From a virus, in the IMG/VR virus record IMGVR_UViG_3300023184_009676, positions 33,276 to 97,275 of that record: a stretch of DNA of 64,000 nucleotides, one strand, 5' to 3'. The position numbers were made by a program, and so were the translations under genes. Positions 11,440 through 21,731 of this stretch are shown in pieces (within the stretch, counting starts at the first letter, position 1; the number at the start of each line of letters is the position of its first letter). The notes below the pieces were generated by a model that ran no database searches, was not told where the DNA came from, and saw only the letters and a list, made by a program, of their open reading frames with translations.

Positions 11440-12396
11440 ATGGCAGACACAAAAAGCTTGGCTTACGCAAAACAAACGAAGAAAAATGTAGATAGTCTAA
11501 ATACTAACTCTCTCATTACTGCCACTGTCATTGCCAATTACGGCGATCCAGGGCTCGATGAAGATTATTATTTTGATGTGTTGAGTAGATATGTTGTATG
11601 CGTTATAGAATCTTCCAATAGATTAATTACTTCAAACGGGTGGGCAAATGGAAAAAGTCTAATAGTCGTAAAAAGACCAGAGAGTTTATGGATAAATTAT
11701 CAAGGTGGCTTTACTAACGATGTAGCCACTCAGCAAAGAATAGATTATAATTTAAATACAAATGTCGGTCCAGCGGGTAATTACGCCACGAATGTTATAC
11801 CAAGAATCAATTATCCTTATCAAATGGGGGAAACTATTCAGGTTAGAAGACTGACCGAAACAGTATCTTCTTTAGTTCAAAATAATTATCAAAAGTTCTT
11901 TTATTCACAATGCACAAACAGTTTGACCGACACAAGATATAAAAACTATGGAATCTGGCATGAACAAGGGATGGGTACACTATCTTACTACGGCAGTACT
12001 CAACAAGCACAAATAACAGAAAAAACTTTGGCAAATATCGCGGGTTATCCAAATTATTTTAATATTCGCCTTAATAAATATCAATATGAGGCGTTTATGC
12101 TTACAAAGTATCCTGAATTGACAAAAGCCTTAACTCCATTTTTTTTAAGTAAAACGACTCCAAATCAAGCATACAAGAGTTATCAAGGAGGGTATCTTTT
12201 CTTTCAAAATGAATTTATTGCAATAAATAGAGTTCTATATGAAGATGTAAATGCTGGTCCCTTAACAAAACAAAGATTAAGCATTGATAGCTGTATACCG
12301 CTTATCGTTACCACGCCAAATTCATTTTCTGTGCCAAGCACAAGGGCAACAGCAACGATAAGTTATACGCCTACATATATAACAAAAAGTAATTAA
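11440..12396 (+). CDS. Hypothetical protein, structural module
   Basis: 318 aa ORF, co-oriented and tightly packed with the structural genes. Confidence 0.4.
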   Translation: MADTKSLAYAKQTKKNVDSLNTNSLITATVIANYGDPGLDEDYYFDVLSRYVVCVIESSNRLITSNGWANGKSLIVVKRPESLWINYQGGFTNDVATQQRIDYNLNTNVGPAGNYATNVIPRINYPYQMGETIQVRRLTETVSSLVQNNYQKFFYSQCTNSLTDTRYKNYGIWHEQGMGTLSYYGSTQQAQITEKTLANIAGYPNYFNIRLNKYQYEAFMLTKYPELTKALTPFFLSKTTPNQAYKSYQGGYLFFQNEFIAINRVLYEDVNAGPLTKQRLSIDSCIPLIVTTPNSFSVPSTRATATISYTPTYITKSN

Positions 12397-13134
12397 TTAC
12401 TTCTTTTTGGAAGCGGCTTTCTTTTTAATTCTTTCGATCAATTCAAATTGCTTGAATTTAGGAATATCAGAGACTGATTTCAATTCTTGTGCTCCATCAA
12501 ACTTTTCTTCAATGAGCTTTTCTTTTATCTTTTCAAAAGTCACGGAGTTTGCCGCCATAATCTCTTTTAAGAGAGAACTTGAAGAGTCTTGAGCTTCAGC
12601 GTCTTGCGAAGGAGTGCCGCCAATCTCTTCTTGGGAGACAATATTAATGCGAAGAAAATTTCTAACGCAGCGAACAAATGCTCTATTTTCAGCGATTGGA
12701 CCCAAATAATTCTTTGCAAAGCTAGTTGTATTATATGGACTTGCATCCCCAATGCTAGTAAATTTGATGACTCTTCCCTCTGTTTCAAAATTTGGAATCC
12801 AACTCATGGCGCAAGTAGCAATAACATAATCAGAAGCGGGAGAACTGGTTGTATATTCTACCGAATTATAACCCCTGATTTGGGCTAATTCTTTAATTCC
12901 CGCAAGGAGAATCATTAAATCTTTGTCTTCTAGTCCCTCAATGGTCTTCGGCACGGGTTTATTGTATCTTTCAAAATTAAGCTTATTGGGGACAAGATGC
13001 TTGGGGTTAATCATCTTTCTCCAGTCAATTAAATTATCCGCCCCATAGATATAATTAATTGCAGGACTACAAATCAACCCATATTCGTTTCTTGAAATGA
13101 CTTTACTTGGAATGCATGTATTTTTTTCGCTCAT
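12397..13134 (-). CDS. Putative Rad52/Sak-like ssDNA annealing protein
   Basis: 'FTSIGDASP....AENRAFVRCVRNFLRI' resembles the Rad52-fold 'AET.A..RA' helix; own sigma70-like promoter. Confidence 0.45.
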   Translation of the reverse strand: MSEKNTCIPSKVISRNEYGLICSPAINYIYGADNLIDWRKMINPKHLVPNKLNFERYNKPVPKTIEGLEDKDLMILLAGIKELAQIRGYNSVEYTTSSPASDYVIATCAMSWIPNFETEGRVIKFTSIGDASPYNTTSFAKNYLGPIAENRAFVRCVRNFLRINIVSQEEIGGTPSQDAEAQDSSSSLLKEIMAANSVTFEKIKEKLIEEKFDGAQELKSVSDIPKFKQFELIERIKKKAASKKK

Positions 13135-13140
13135 ATTAAA

Positions 13141-13168
13141 AGATTAACCCGTATTTAAAAAATGTCAA
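13141..13168 (-). promoter_or_regulatory. sigma70-like promoter
   Basis: TTGACA-N16-TAATCT upstream of ATG 13134. Confidence 0.5.
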
Positions 13169-14349
13169 GCTTTTGATTTAACAATTGTAAAAAAGTCTAA
13201 ATTATCCCAAAAAGAAGGTGAATCTATAACTTTTTGATATTCAAAATTATTATTGGCAATAATATTATTTTCAACAGCGGCCAAGCTATAATAAAGCTGA
13301 CCATTTGCTGCAACTGTTTTAGCAGAACGATAATAGAGGTAATCCTTGTCTTTTTTAAGCTCTTCTACTTTTTCTTTGCTTGGCTTCTCCATCGGATTGA
13401 TTGTGCCAAAAGAATAATATTTTATTTTTAATTTTTCTACTTTAGCCTGATCAAGGTCCGAGATTAAAATGAGTTTCAACCCTTCATCCCTGAGCTTCTT
13501 TAAAAAGTCTAACTGGTCTGTTTCGGTGATTTTAAAAACTAAATTTGCAATATTTTGTTTGAACTGCTTTAGCAAATTAATATTTACGGGTTTATCCATT
13601 ATTAAAAAAGACTTTTTGTATTGAGCTAGTTGGTAACCAAGGCTTTCGTCGTCGCAAATTACGTCTGCGCGAATTTCGACTATTCCTTCTGGATTAAAAA
13701 TGGCCTTTTTATAATTGGGGAGAGATTCTTGTATTGAAAAATGAGAATATTTATTACCGATAAAAACAGTTTCAAATGGAATTTTAAAATTAATATTTAA
13801 TTTTTCTAAAATAGAGTTTGCTATTTCTTCTGGATTAATTAAATTTATAGTTTTTGGATTTTCTTGCTCATTAAAAGATGGTTTTTTATTATCAGTCCTT
13901 AAAAAACTTTCAAAAACGAATTGATTATCTTTTTCTCCGAAATATGGTCCATTATTATTCGCGTAAGATACAGTGCTAATACTAACAATAGGTTTATTCT
14001 CTGAGCCAGCTATTTGGGATTCAATTCCATTGACGCCAAAAAACAACAATGACTTTTCCATTAGATAAGCCATCTGATTTATGGAAGTTTTTCCGCATAA
14101 ATTAACCACTCCGCCATAATTAATTGAGTCTGGATTGCCAAGTTGCAAAATTTTTATATTATTCTCTTCTAACTTCGGAGACAAGCAATTTATTACATCC
14201 TGCCAATAAAAATAGTCTTTTGCTGGAATTTTATTGTCTGGACGAAAAAGAATATATTTTTCGATAGGCAAAGGAAAATAGGCTTTATAAACAAAGGGTT
14301 TATCTATTTTTGCACCGCAGGATAATGCGTAAGATTCTAAAGTATGCAT
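13165..14349 (-). CDS. Glycosyltransferase family 9-like, C-terminal lobe plus unknown C-terminal domain
   Basis: 'AKDYFYWQDVI...ILQLG...VVNLCGKTSINQMAYLMEKSLLFFGVNG..SQIAGSENKPIVSI' matches the GT9 (heptosyltransferase) C-lobe pattern. Confidence 0.65.
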   Translation of the reverse strand: MHTLESYALSCGAKIDKPFVYKAYFPLPIEKYILFRPDNKIPAKDYFYWQDVINCLSPKLEENNIKILQLGNPDSINYGGVVNLCGKTSINQMAYLMEKSLLFFGVNGIESQIAGSENKPIVSISTVSYANNNGPYFGEKDNQFVFESFLRTDNKKPSFNEQENPKTINLINPEEIANSILEKLNINFKIPFETVFIGNKYSHFSIQESLPNYKKAIFNPEGIVEIRADVICDDESLGYQLAQYKKSFLIMDKPVNINLLKQFKQNIANLVFKITETDQLDFLKKLRDEGLKLILISDLDQAKVEKLKIKYYSFGTINPMEKPSKEKVEELKKDKDYLYYRSAKTVAANGQLYYSLAAVENNIIANNNFEYQKVIDSPSFWDNLDFFTIVKSKA

Positions 14350-14351
14350 AT

Positions 14352-16289
14352 TTAATTATATTTTAAAGAAAAATCAATTTTATCACTTCCGTTATGCATG
14401 AATGCTGGAAGCTTTTGGGTCGTTAGATACGGCATATAAGCGACGTTAAAATAACCTTTATGAGAATTGTTACCTTCCAAAAAGACAATGTTTTCCATTG
14501 CTGGATTAAATTCTATCCATTTATCTACAAGAGAATTGCCATCAACGATTTCTTTATATTCTCTTTTTGTAGAAACATACAAAGCCCATTCGGGATACTT
14601 TTCTTTGATTGACCTAAAGAGAGAAGAGAGGAGAAATATATCTTCTGCGTTTCCAGGTTGAACAACAATTACCCTACCTTTGTCATTTGAATTTAAAAGG
14701 TCTTCAAATTTTATTCCTTGGGTATTTTTTTCTTGACCATTTTTAAATGCAACTTGACGAAAATAATCTTCTATTTGTTGGCGGTTCAGGTCTTTGTCTA
14801 TTCTGGCAATCCAATGTTTAAATCCATCATCATTCCTGTCTATTGACTTCTCATCAAGAATATTATGATACAGATGCAAAATCCATTCTGCGTTATCTTT
14901 AATTTCTGGGACTTTGTAATTAGGGCTTGGGTTATTTTTGGTTGGTTCAAAAGCAGAATCATCATTAACTTTAGGAGCGGAGTCAATAAAGTTTTCCAAA
15001 AATTTACCAATAACTTCCACAGAAAAATTATCAATGACCCATTGCCTGCCAGTTTTTCCAAGCTGTCTTTTTACTTCTGGCTTCATATTCAATACCTTAG
15101 TTAATTGCTTTGATATTGAATTCGGATAAGTGCTTGCTTTGATAAACATTGTGTCTGGCTCTCTATACTCTGCCCAATCAAGGGGCAGGGAGCCTGCTCC
15201 ATCTTCGCAAGAGTCTTCTCCACAACTATAATTGGTAACAAGCGTGACGAGTTCGGTCAATTTTGCTTCTTGAATTGGTATTTCTTGACCACCAGAAGTG
15301 AATGGGTGACAATAGACATCCATTAAATTATAAATTTCATTTAATTGAACTTCATCTACGCCAAATCCAGGTCCAGTTGTTGTTTGACTTTTTTCAGCCC
15401 TACAAAATCTACAATTTTCATCATTAGTAGAGAATGACTTTATTTCATACTTGCCGCAATTTCTACAGACATAAGTAGTCAATACATCAGAGAGTTTTAA
15501 TCCGTGCTCTTCTAGGAGCTTTTGGATATTCCATCCTTCTACCCAGGAAGTATGAAGCAATAGCTTTGTCTTCAAAGATGGATTCGCCTGTTTAAACATT
15601 TTGAATCCTTGAATCAAATTTGGGACACTCTTTCTAAGCTGATTCCTAAACACAAATCCGACGATAAATGTTTCTGGGTCAATGTTGTTTGCTTTTCTGA
15701 TGGCTAATCTTTGGGCTTCTGGTAATCTATAAAAATTATTTGTATTTAATGAACCTCTGACTGTTTTTGTATGGGTATGACCCATTTTATGTAGAGCTTT
15801 TGTGGCAAAATCTGCCCAGCTCCAATAATTTTTTGTCTTTTTGGCTGCAACGACTGCTTTATCAAGAATTGGAAGAGAATCTAATGTAGTCCATAAAGCG
15901 CAAGTAATTTTATTAAACCAAGGCTTCTCTATTGCGAAATCAATTCCCCAAATGTCTTGGATACCAATGTAAACATCTGGCTTCTCTTGTCTCACTGCGT
16001 CATCAATAGCGAAAGCTCCATATCCAGCCATTCTGCTGATTCCGTCCCAATTCTTGGGGTCATTTTGTTGTCTAATGAGCTCTATCTTATTGGGTTGAAT
16101 AGTAGCTAAGGTTTTCCAAGGGGTTCTATTTAACTCTTGAGCATTACCTTCGACTGAGCCAACCGCAAGATTAACCAGTTCATATTTATCAGTATTAAAA
16201 AGATACTCTAGAATATTTCTTGCATTTTTACCAAAACCTGTATTTGCCAATGGGAAATCAGTGTGAATAAGAACTTTCTTTTTTGCCAT
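14352..16289 (-). CDS. Multidomain glycosyltransferase: GT4-like + Zn ribbon + DUF4214-like + GT9 N-lobe
   Basis: 'NTGFGKNA', 'FRNQLRKS', 'YNLMDVYCHPFTSGGQEIPIQEAK' (GT4); CRNC..CRFC; 'LYHNILDEK..DDGFKHW'; C-terminal 'GNAEDIFLLSSLFRSIKEKYPE'. Confidence 0.75.
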   Translation of the reverse strand: MAKKKVLIHTDFPLANTGFGKNARNILEYLFNTDKYELVNLAVGSVEGNAQELNRTPWKTLATIQPNKIELIRQQNDPKNWDGISRMAGYGAFAIDDAVRQEKPDVYIGIQDIWGIDFAIEKPWFNKITCALWTTLDSLPILDKAVVAAKKTKNYWSWADFATKALHKMGHTHTKTVRGSLNTNNFYRLPEAQRLAIRKANNIDPETFIVGFVFRNQLRKSVPNLIQGFKMFKQANPSLKTKLLLHTSWVEGWNIQKLLEEHGLKLSDVLTTYVCRNCGKYEIKSFSTNDENCRFCRAEKSQTTTGPGFGVDEVQLNEIYNLMDVYCHPFTSGGQEIPIQEAKLTELVTLVTNYSCGEDSCEDGAGSLPLDWAEYREPDTMFIKASTYPNSISKQLTKVLNMKPEVKRQLGKTGRQWVIDNFSVEVIGKFLENFIDSAPKVNDDSAFEPTKNNPSPNYKVPEIKDNAEWILHLYHNILDEKSIDRNDDGFKHWIARIDKDLNRQQIEDYFRQVAFKNGQEKNTQGIKFEDLLNSNDKGRVIVVQPGNAEDIFLLSSLFRSIKEKYPEWALYVSTKREYKEIVDGNSLVDKWIEFNPAMENIVFLEGNNSHKGYFNVAYMPYLTTQKLPAFMHNGSDKIDFSLKYN

Positions 16290-16308
16290 ATTTTAAATTA
16301 TTATATAC

Positions 16309-16809
16309 TCAGAACGAGTTTTTTTCTGGAAGAGTTTCTTGTTTTTGAAAAGATTTATTTAAAGCGTGGATTAAAAATTCACGGATTAATCTTCCTTCAG
16401 CAAAAGTTAAGCCAATATAAAAACTGTTTTTTGCGCTAGAGTCTTCTTTGTCAGTAACAGCTATACTAAATGAATAACCTCTTTGAGAAGGTTTTTCTCC
16501 TTCTGCGACTTTATTCATCCATTGATTAAACTTGATTGCCTTTAGCTGCTTATCGCTATCGTGAACGGTTAAAAACTCCCTGCCTCTATCTAGGGCATCT
16601 AAAATAGCCGCAGCCTCAACTTGTCCAAGCTTAACATTAACTTGTTTAAATGGGTCATTTCTACTGGCTGAGAACGTTCCAATTTGACTATTTGGATCCC
16701 AAGTTGATTGTTTTATTAAAGTTGCAAAAATAGCATTATCTTTTGAAGATTGGGAAAAAGAGCAGGCAAACCCAGTATTGTTTTTATTCGGATGATATAT
16801 GGCCAACAT
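16309..16809 (-). CDS. Putative Whirly/PC4-like ssDNA-binding protein
   Basis: Two beta-sheet+helix repeats ending 'VKLGQVEAAAIL' and 'IGLTFAEGRLIREFL', with a central 'HD', as in Whirly domains. Confidence 0.4.
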   Translation of the reverse strand: MLAIYHPNKNNTGFACSFSQSSKDNAIFATLIKQSTWDPNSQIGTFSASRNDPFKQVNVKLGQVEAAAILDALDRGREFLTVHDSDKQLKAIKFNQWMNKVAEGEKPSQRGYSFSIAVTDKEDSSAKNSFYIGLTFAEGRLIREFLIHALNKSFQKQETLPEKNSF

Positions 16810-16810
16810 A

Positions 16811-16843
16811 GTGTATTTTATTATATAATAGAATGGACAAAGG
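16811..16843 (+). promoter_or_regulatory. GTGTA late-promoter-like motif + GGACAAAGG
   Basis: GTGTATTT at 16811 and GGACAAAGG at 16835-16843, upstream of ATG 16857. Confidence 0.45.
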
Positions 16844-16856
16844 TTCTAATAATTAG

Positions 16857-19800
16857 ATGAATATTACGACAAATAATTCAATTAAAAATAATATTTTTGA
16901 TGGCTCTTATCAAATTACTGTTTTGCCGATCCCTACTGGTACAGCATACTCTTTTTGGTCTAGTAAAATACTTAATCCCGCTGGGATAACTGGAAGTCTT
17001 GTATATTTATCTAATGAGCAGAGGGATTCTGGTTATCTTTTTTCTGGATATTCCTATACTGGGGACTCTTTTCCTTTTCCAAAGGGTATATTTTTAAGTG
17101 GTGCTACTTCGGAAGCTACGCCTGTTAGTGGTTATTTATATTATTCTTTAAATACTCCATTATTGGGTGTTTGTCATGGCGTGGGAAATACGGGAGAAAA
17201 CATGTGGTATAATGGTTATAATTTTTATAACGCATTTCATCCAGAGGGAACTTTTTCTCCACCATTTGGTCAAAATATTTCTGTTTATAAATCTAATTCA
17301 AATGGCACCGACGCCCTTGCTCAAAATGGTAATTGTTCAAGTTTAACAAGTCAAGAATATAATGATTTTTTTGGTATTGTTTCTAAGGCAGATATAAATG
17401 CCGAGGCTTCTGCGGATGGTATAGCTAATGGCGGAACTTCATTTATTAATTCCCCTGCTTATGCCTGTCCTGAAGAGGTTATTACGGTCTATTATTGGCA
17501 CGAATCCCAATACAATATTATTGGCGGTACGGTTGGGGCAATAACTGCAAATACTTTCTTTAATACAAATCCCATTCCTACTTCTTTGGACAATTTTGAC
17601 CGAAAAACTGCTTTAAGATATTCTGTTTCTAGTGAACAAGGTGGAACTTTACCAAATGGACAAAAAGAAACCATACAACATGTTTTATATGATGGTGGAG
17701 GAAAGCCAATCCCAGCTTATCAAACTGTTGGCGCAAATATTTTAAATACTGTTTTATGTCCATCTATTACCGCCGAAAGCTCTCTTTCCGTTGGAACACA
17801 AACAGAAAGCCAATTATTGCTTGCCGCAGATGTATTGAGTAATCCCTCTAAAGGGTTTTTTGATTATTTTAATTGGTGGAACCTTTGGCACTTTCTTTAC
17901 AAAGAAAATACCGATGGGTTTCCATTTCAAAATGATTATGGACTTTTTCAAGGAGAGGGTATCGTTATTCCAGCGGGAAAAAGCTCTAATTATGGTAGTC
18001 AACTTTTTGAGGCTCAAATTTCTAATGAAAATAATTATTGGGATAGGAGGCAGTGCCCGATGGGAATTAATTTTCTTCCGCATACATTTGGCGGGGCGAT
18101 TTATGCTTGTCCATCTTATACTTTTGAAATTCCATATTATGCTGCAACTAAAAAATTTGGATTTTATGGAGCTAGATTTCTCGATGGATGCATTAGCTTA
18201 ACTTTAGATAATACGCTCAATGGCCAGCCAAACTCCTCAGATTTACCGCCTAATTTTACTTATACTATACCACAAGAAGAAGAGCCAAGCCCAGATGTTG
18301 GCACGCTCTCAAGCAACAGTCGTTATGATAATCTTTTGGATATTGCTAATAAAGAAGAATTACATTCTGATTTTTACGCTATGAATAAGGGCTTATTCTT
18401 GTGGACAAATTCCACATTAATTAGTTCATCTAGTGATTTTATTAATTTAAGTTTAGTCCCAGGATTTCCTCAATTATATAGCAATTTATTGTCTCAGTAT
18501 TCCGCTGTTTTTCCTAATGGAAAATCTGATATATTAAAAAACGATTATTTATATATTAGCGGAGAAGAAAGTCAGTTTTATGATACTGGTATTTATTCTT
18601 TAATATTGTCTCAAAATTCTAATTATCAAAACTTTAAAAATAATTTATACGATATTTTATCAGGATCTTTACAGATTAGTTATTGGAATAATATAGAAAA
18701 AGATTATTCATACGCCGTTCTTTCTCAGAAAAATCAAGTCGATAATAGTTTTTATACTCAATTACAAGCGGGGAAACAATCAAGATTTTTCACTAGATAT
18801 TTAGAAAATTATGTAAAAGGCAATTCCGTTGATTTGTATCCAACGAATAAGATTTATTTTAGTTACGATTCTGCTAATAGTTATGTTGAAAGTTCTGGAT
18901 GGGCAAAGTCTCCAAATTCTTTTGGAACAGCTAGTAATTTTGATCCAAAAATAACTAGAAGATATTTTCTTGGGGCATATAGCAATGGTCAAGATGTTAC
19001 TGGAGTAGCTAATTTTTCTCAAAATTTTGCAGGGATTAATTTAAATAATTACTCCTTTTATCCTGGATATTTTAATGGAAATATAGGATTAGAATTGCCC
19101 CCTCCTTCTTTTTTGCCAGTTATTTCTGGAGTGTATGATTCAACAAATAACCCTAGCTTTAATAACGAATCAATTCAAGGTAATAGTTTCCCAACTGTAA
19201 CAAATGGTTGGAATTTGGTCGGATACAATGGAATAGGTAGGCTAAATTTAAACTTCTCTTGCTTTACTCCCATATTCGTTCAAAATCCTCTGCCTATAAC
19301 TCATTGTAAAATTGGTCAAGCTCCTACATTTAGGGCTTACGCAGTAGATTATCATACTATCCCCGAAGATAAGATGAACAATCGCTATCCTGAAATTAGA
19401 TATTGGATGGATAAATTAAAAATAAGTAATGGTAATAAATCAGTTAGCGCTAAAACTACAAATGCTTATCCGTTGTCTTATAAATGGTATAGAATTAAAA
19501 AAAGTGATTGCACTGGACCAGTTTCTGACCCAACAATTCAGGACGGCGACTTTAAGAAATTTCTATTAAATCCTGATTTTTCTAAAATTGTGCCTTCTAG
19601 TCAATCTGGTGATTGGTGCTGCTTGGAAGGAGATGACCAATATTGTACTTTGATTCACCCATCTGGATGCATCCCTCCTTTGCCTTCTCCAATATCAAGC
19701 TTAAAATATAAGTATGCCAATTATCCAATGCAGCAGACTTTAAAACAAAATAATTATAACATGACTTTCGTTAAGGGGGCGCAAAAAAATGAAGATGAAA

Positions 19801-21710
19801 ATTATTATTATTTCTGTATGGCAAGGGGAAGATTTGGTATAAGAATAAGCGAGCCTTCTCAATTATTTATTGAAGATTGGATAGATTTTGATGTAAGTAT
19901 GCGTAATGGAGGAAATAATGCATTTACAGCAAGTAAAGCCCTAACAGTTTCTTTCGACGCAGGAGATGTAACAATAAATTGTAATGCTTCTTCCGTTCCA
20001 TCTTATGCTGGATTTGTTCAAGACGCCGATGCCATTCCAGAAGATGTGGTAGAAGAACAAATTCCTCCGCCAAATCGTGGATATGGAGATGTTTTTTCTT
20101 ATAAATTTGTTGGACCATGGGGATATAGAGGGGCAGTGCAAAGTTATACCCCTGGGACATTAAATGATACAAGGGGACTTAGAGAAACCTGGGGTAGGCT
20201 TTTGCATTATGGTTCTCTTTTTCATTATCATAGGGCGCTTTCCCAAACAGAAGGCGATGCATTATATGGAAGAAATCATTTGCCAGTTTGTAATAGCAGC
20301 AATCAAATGTCCGCCAAGCAACAAGGGATAAAGGTTGTTGTCAATGGAATTACTCATTGGGCTAATATGCAAAATCCTATTGCAGATACAAAGGGTTCAT
20401 ATGGAGTTAAATGGAGCAAGCTTGGTAACGCCGCAGAGCTTTATAATCCCGCCGCCTCTATTGTAAATGGTGGTATTGACACCAGCGCCTCGCCAGGATT
20501 GGGTCAATGGCAATATGGAAATAATTTTGGAACAATCCATAGCTTTGGATGGAATAGTAACTTGCTAAATCCTGGGACGACCTTGACAGCGACGAACATA
20601 GAAAATGGCGATTTAACTACCACTCCTGGAACTTTATCAACCACTGAATTTCAAAAATTAAAAACAAATCTTCTCGGTGCGGGAACTCTTGCGGGAAAAA
20701 ATTGTGGTTGGCACAAGGGAGGACTAGGGAGATCTACTTCTTACTGGATAGAAGGTTTTAATGCTTTTTATATTTTCTGTGACCCTTTAAAAAAGAAAAA
20801 TGTCACAAATTATAATTATATGAGTCCAGGATTAAGACAGTCTAATAGCTCAATTCAATATTTCTGGTTGGGTAAACCAAATAATTCATATCTTGAAAGA
20901 TATCCAATGTTTGGCCCTTACGCTTATCAATGGAGGGTAAGAAGGCAAAATAGAGATAGAAATGGTAATGGTGTTTCAGAAGGATTTTATTCTTATGGAT
21001 GGGGATCAAATTATAGTTTAATATATGATAATCCAGCTATTTATGGCCTTTTTACTAAATATAAACAAAAAAATCAATCTACTCTTGCAGAGATTAATAG
21101 CTATAGAATTTCTGCGTTTGGGTCTGCGGATGCTGCCTTGAGTGTTTCAAGCACTCGATTTGGATTTACAAATGGTGATGGAGGGGCAAGGACGTATGGA
21201 AATGTTTGGATAGGTAATATTTCTGACCCAACTCCAAATACCACCAGAGATTATGTAAATAAAGGATATGCCAATGCTTTAAGCCCACAGTTTTCTTTAT
21301 ATGGATGTTCTGATGCCGATATTAACGCTGGAAACTGTTTTGATCCATGTATCAGTATGAGATATCAAAATGGGTTCTTGCCAGGCGGCAAAAGACAAGA
21401 CCTTTTTACGGCAAATAATTCATATCGCATTATTGCAAATAATCCAGTAGTAAATAATGTCACTGGCTCTTCAACAATCGTTTTATCAGAAAATACTTCT
21501 TTTCGTGGTCCTTTTGGCTCTCCACATATAAAATATTTGTCATCTTTAGGTACAAAAGTGAATGGATTTTCTCCCTGTTTTGATGGTGGCGCAGACCATT
21601 GTAATTATATTACCCCCACTATTAATATTGGAGATTCAACTTATTATGAAGGCAGGGGTCCAGCTATAATAAATACCGCAATAAGCGTATCACAGGTCAC
21701 GAATTTTTAA
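16857..21710 (+). CDS. Very large putative virion protein (1617 aa)
   Basis: Beta-rich; Ig-like cues ('APTFRAYA...LSYKWYR...YYYFCMARG'); many Cys; structural context. Confidence 0.45.
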   Translation: MNITTNNSIKNNIFDGSYQITVLPIPTGTAYSFWSSKILNPAGITGSLVYLSNEQRDSGYLFSGYSYTGDSFPFPKGIFLSGATSEATPVSGYLYYSLNTPLLGVCHGVGNTGENMWYNGYNFYNAFHPEGTFSPPFGQNISVYKSNSNGTDALAQNGNCSSLTSQEYNDFFGIVSKADINAEASADGIANGGTSFINSPAYACPEEVITVYYWHESQYNIIGGTVGAITANTFFNTNPIPTSLDNFDRKTALRYSVSSEQGGTLPNGQKETIQHVLYDGGGKPIPAYQTVGANILNTVLCPSITAESSLSVGTQTESQLLLAADVLSNPSKGFFDYFNWWNLWHFLYKENTDGFPFQNDYGLFQGEGIVIPAGKSSNYGSQLFEAQISNENNYWDRRQCPMGINFLPHTFGGAIYACPSYTFEIPYYAATKKFGFYGARFLDGCISLTLDNTLNGQPNSSDLPPNFTYTIPQEEEPSPDVGTLSSNSRYDNLLDIANKEELHSDFYAMNKGLFLWTNSTLISSSSDFINLSLVPGFPQLYSNLLSQYSAVFPNGKSDILKNDYLYISGEESQFYDTGIYSLILSQNSNYQNFKNNLYDILSGSLQISYWNNIEKDYSYAVLSQKNQVDNSFYTQLQAGKQSRFFTRYLENYVKGNSVDLYPTNKIYFSYDSANSYVESSGWAKSPNSFGTASNFDPKITRRYFLGAYSNGQDVTGVANFSQNFAGINLNNYSFYPGYFNGNIGLELPPPSFLPVISGVYDSTNNPSFNNESIQGNSFPTVTNGWNLVGYNGIGRLNLNFSCFTPIFVQNPLPITHCKIGQAPTFRAYAVDYHTIPEDKMNNRYPEIRYWMDKLKISNGNKSVSAKTTNAYPLSYKWYRIKKSDCTGPVSDPTIQDGDFKKFLLNPDFSKIVPSSQSGDWCCLEGDDQYCTLIHPSGCIPPLPSPISSLKYKYANYPMQQTLKQNNYNMTFVKGAQKNEDENYYYFCMARGRFGIRISEPSQLFIEDWIDFDVSMRNGGNNAFTASKALTVSFDAGDVTINCNASSVPSYAGFVQDADAIPEDVVEEQIPPPNRGYGDVFSYKFVGPWGYRGAVQSYTPGTLNDTRGLRETWGRLLHYGSLFHYHRALSQTEGDALYGRNHLPVCNSSNQMSAKQQGIKVVVNGITHWANMQNPIADTKGSYGVKWSKLGNAAELYNPAASIVNGGIDTSASPGLGQWQYGNNFGTIHSFGWNSNLLNPGTTLTATNIENGDLTTTPGTLSTTEFQKLKTNLLGAGTLAGKNCGWHKGGLGRSTSYWIEGFNAFYIFCDPLKKKNVTNYNYMSPGLRQSNSSIQYFWLGKPNNSYLERYPMFGPYAYQWRVRRQNRDRNGNGVSEGFYSYGWGSNYSLIYDNPAIYGLFTKYKQKNQSTLAEINSYRISAFGSADAALSVSSTRFGFTNGDGGARTYGNVWIGNISDPTPNTTRDYVNKGYANALSPQFSLYGCSDADINAGNCFDPCISMRYQNGFLPGGKRQDLFTANNSYRIIANNPVVNNVTGSSTIVLSENTSFRGPFGSPHIKYLSSLGTKVNGFSPCFDGGADHCNYITPTINIGDSTYYEGRGPAIINTAISVSQVTNF

Positions 21711-21731
21711 ATATATTAGTATAATAATAAA

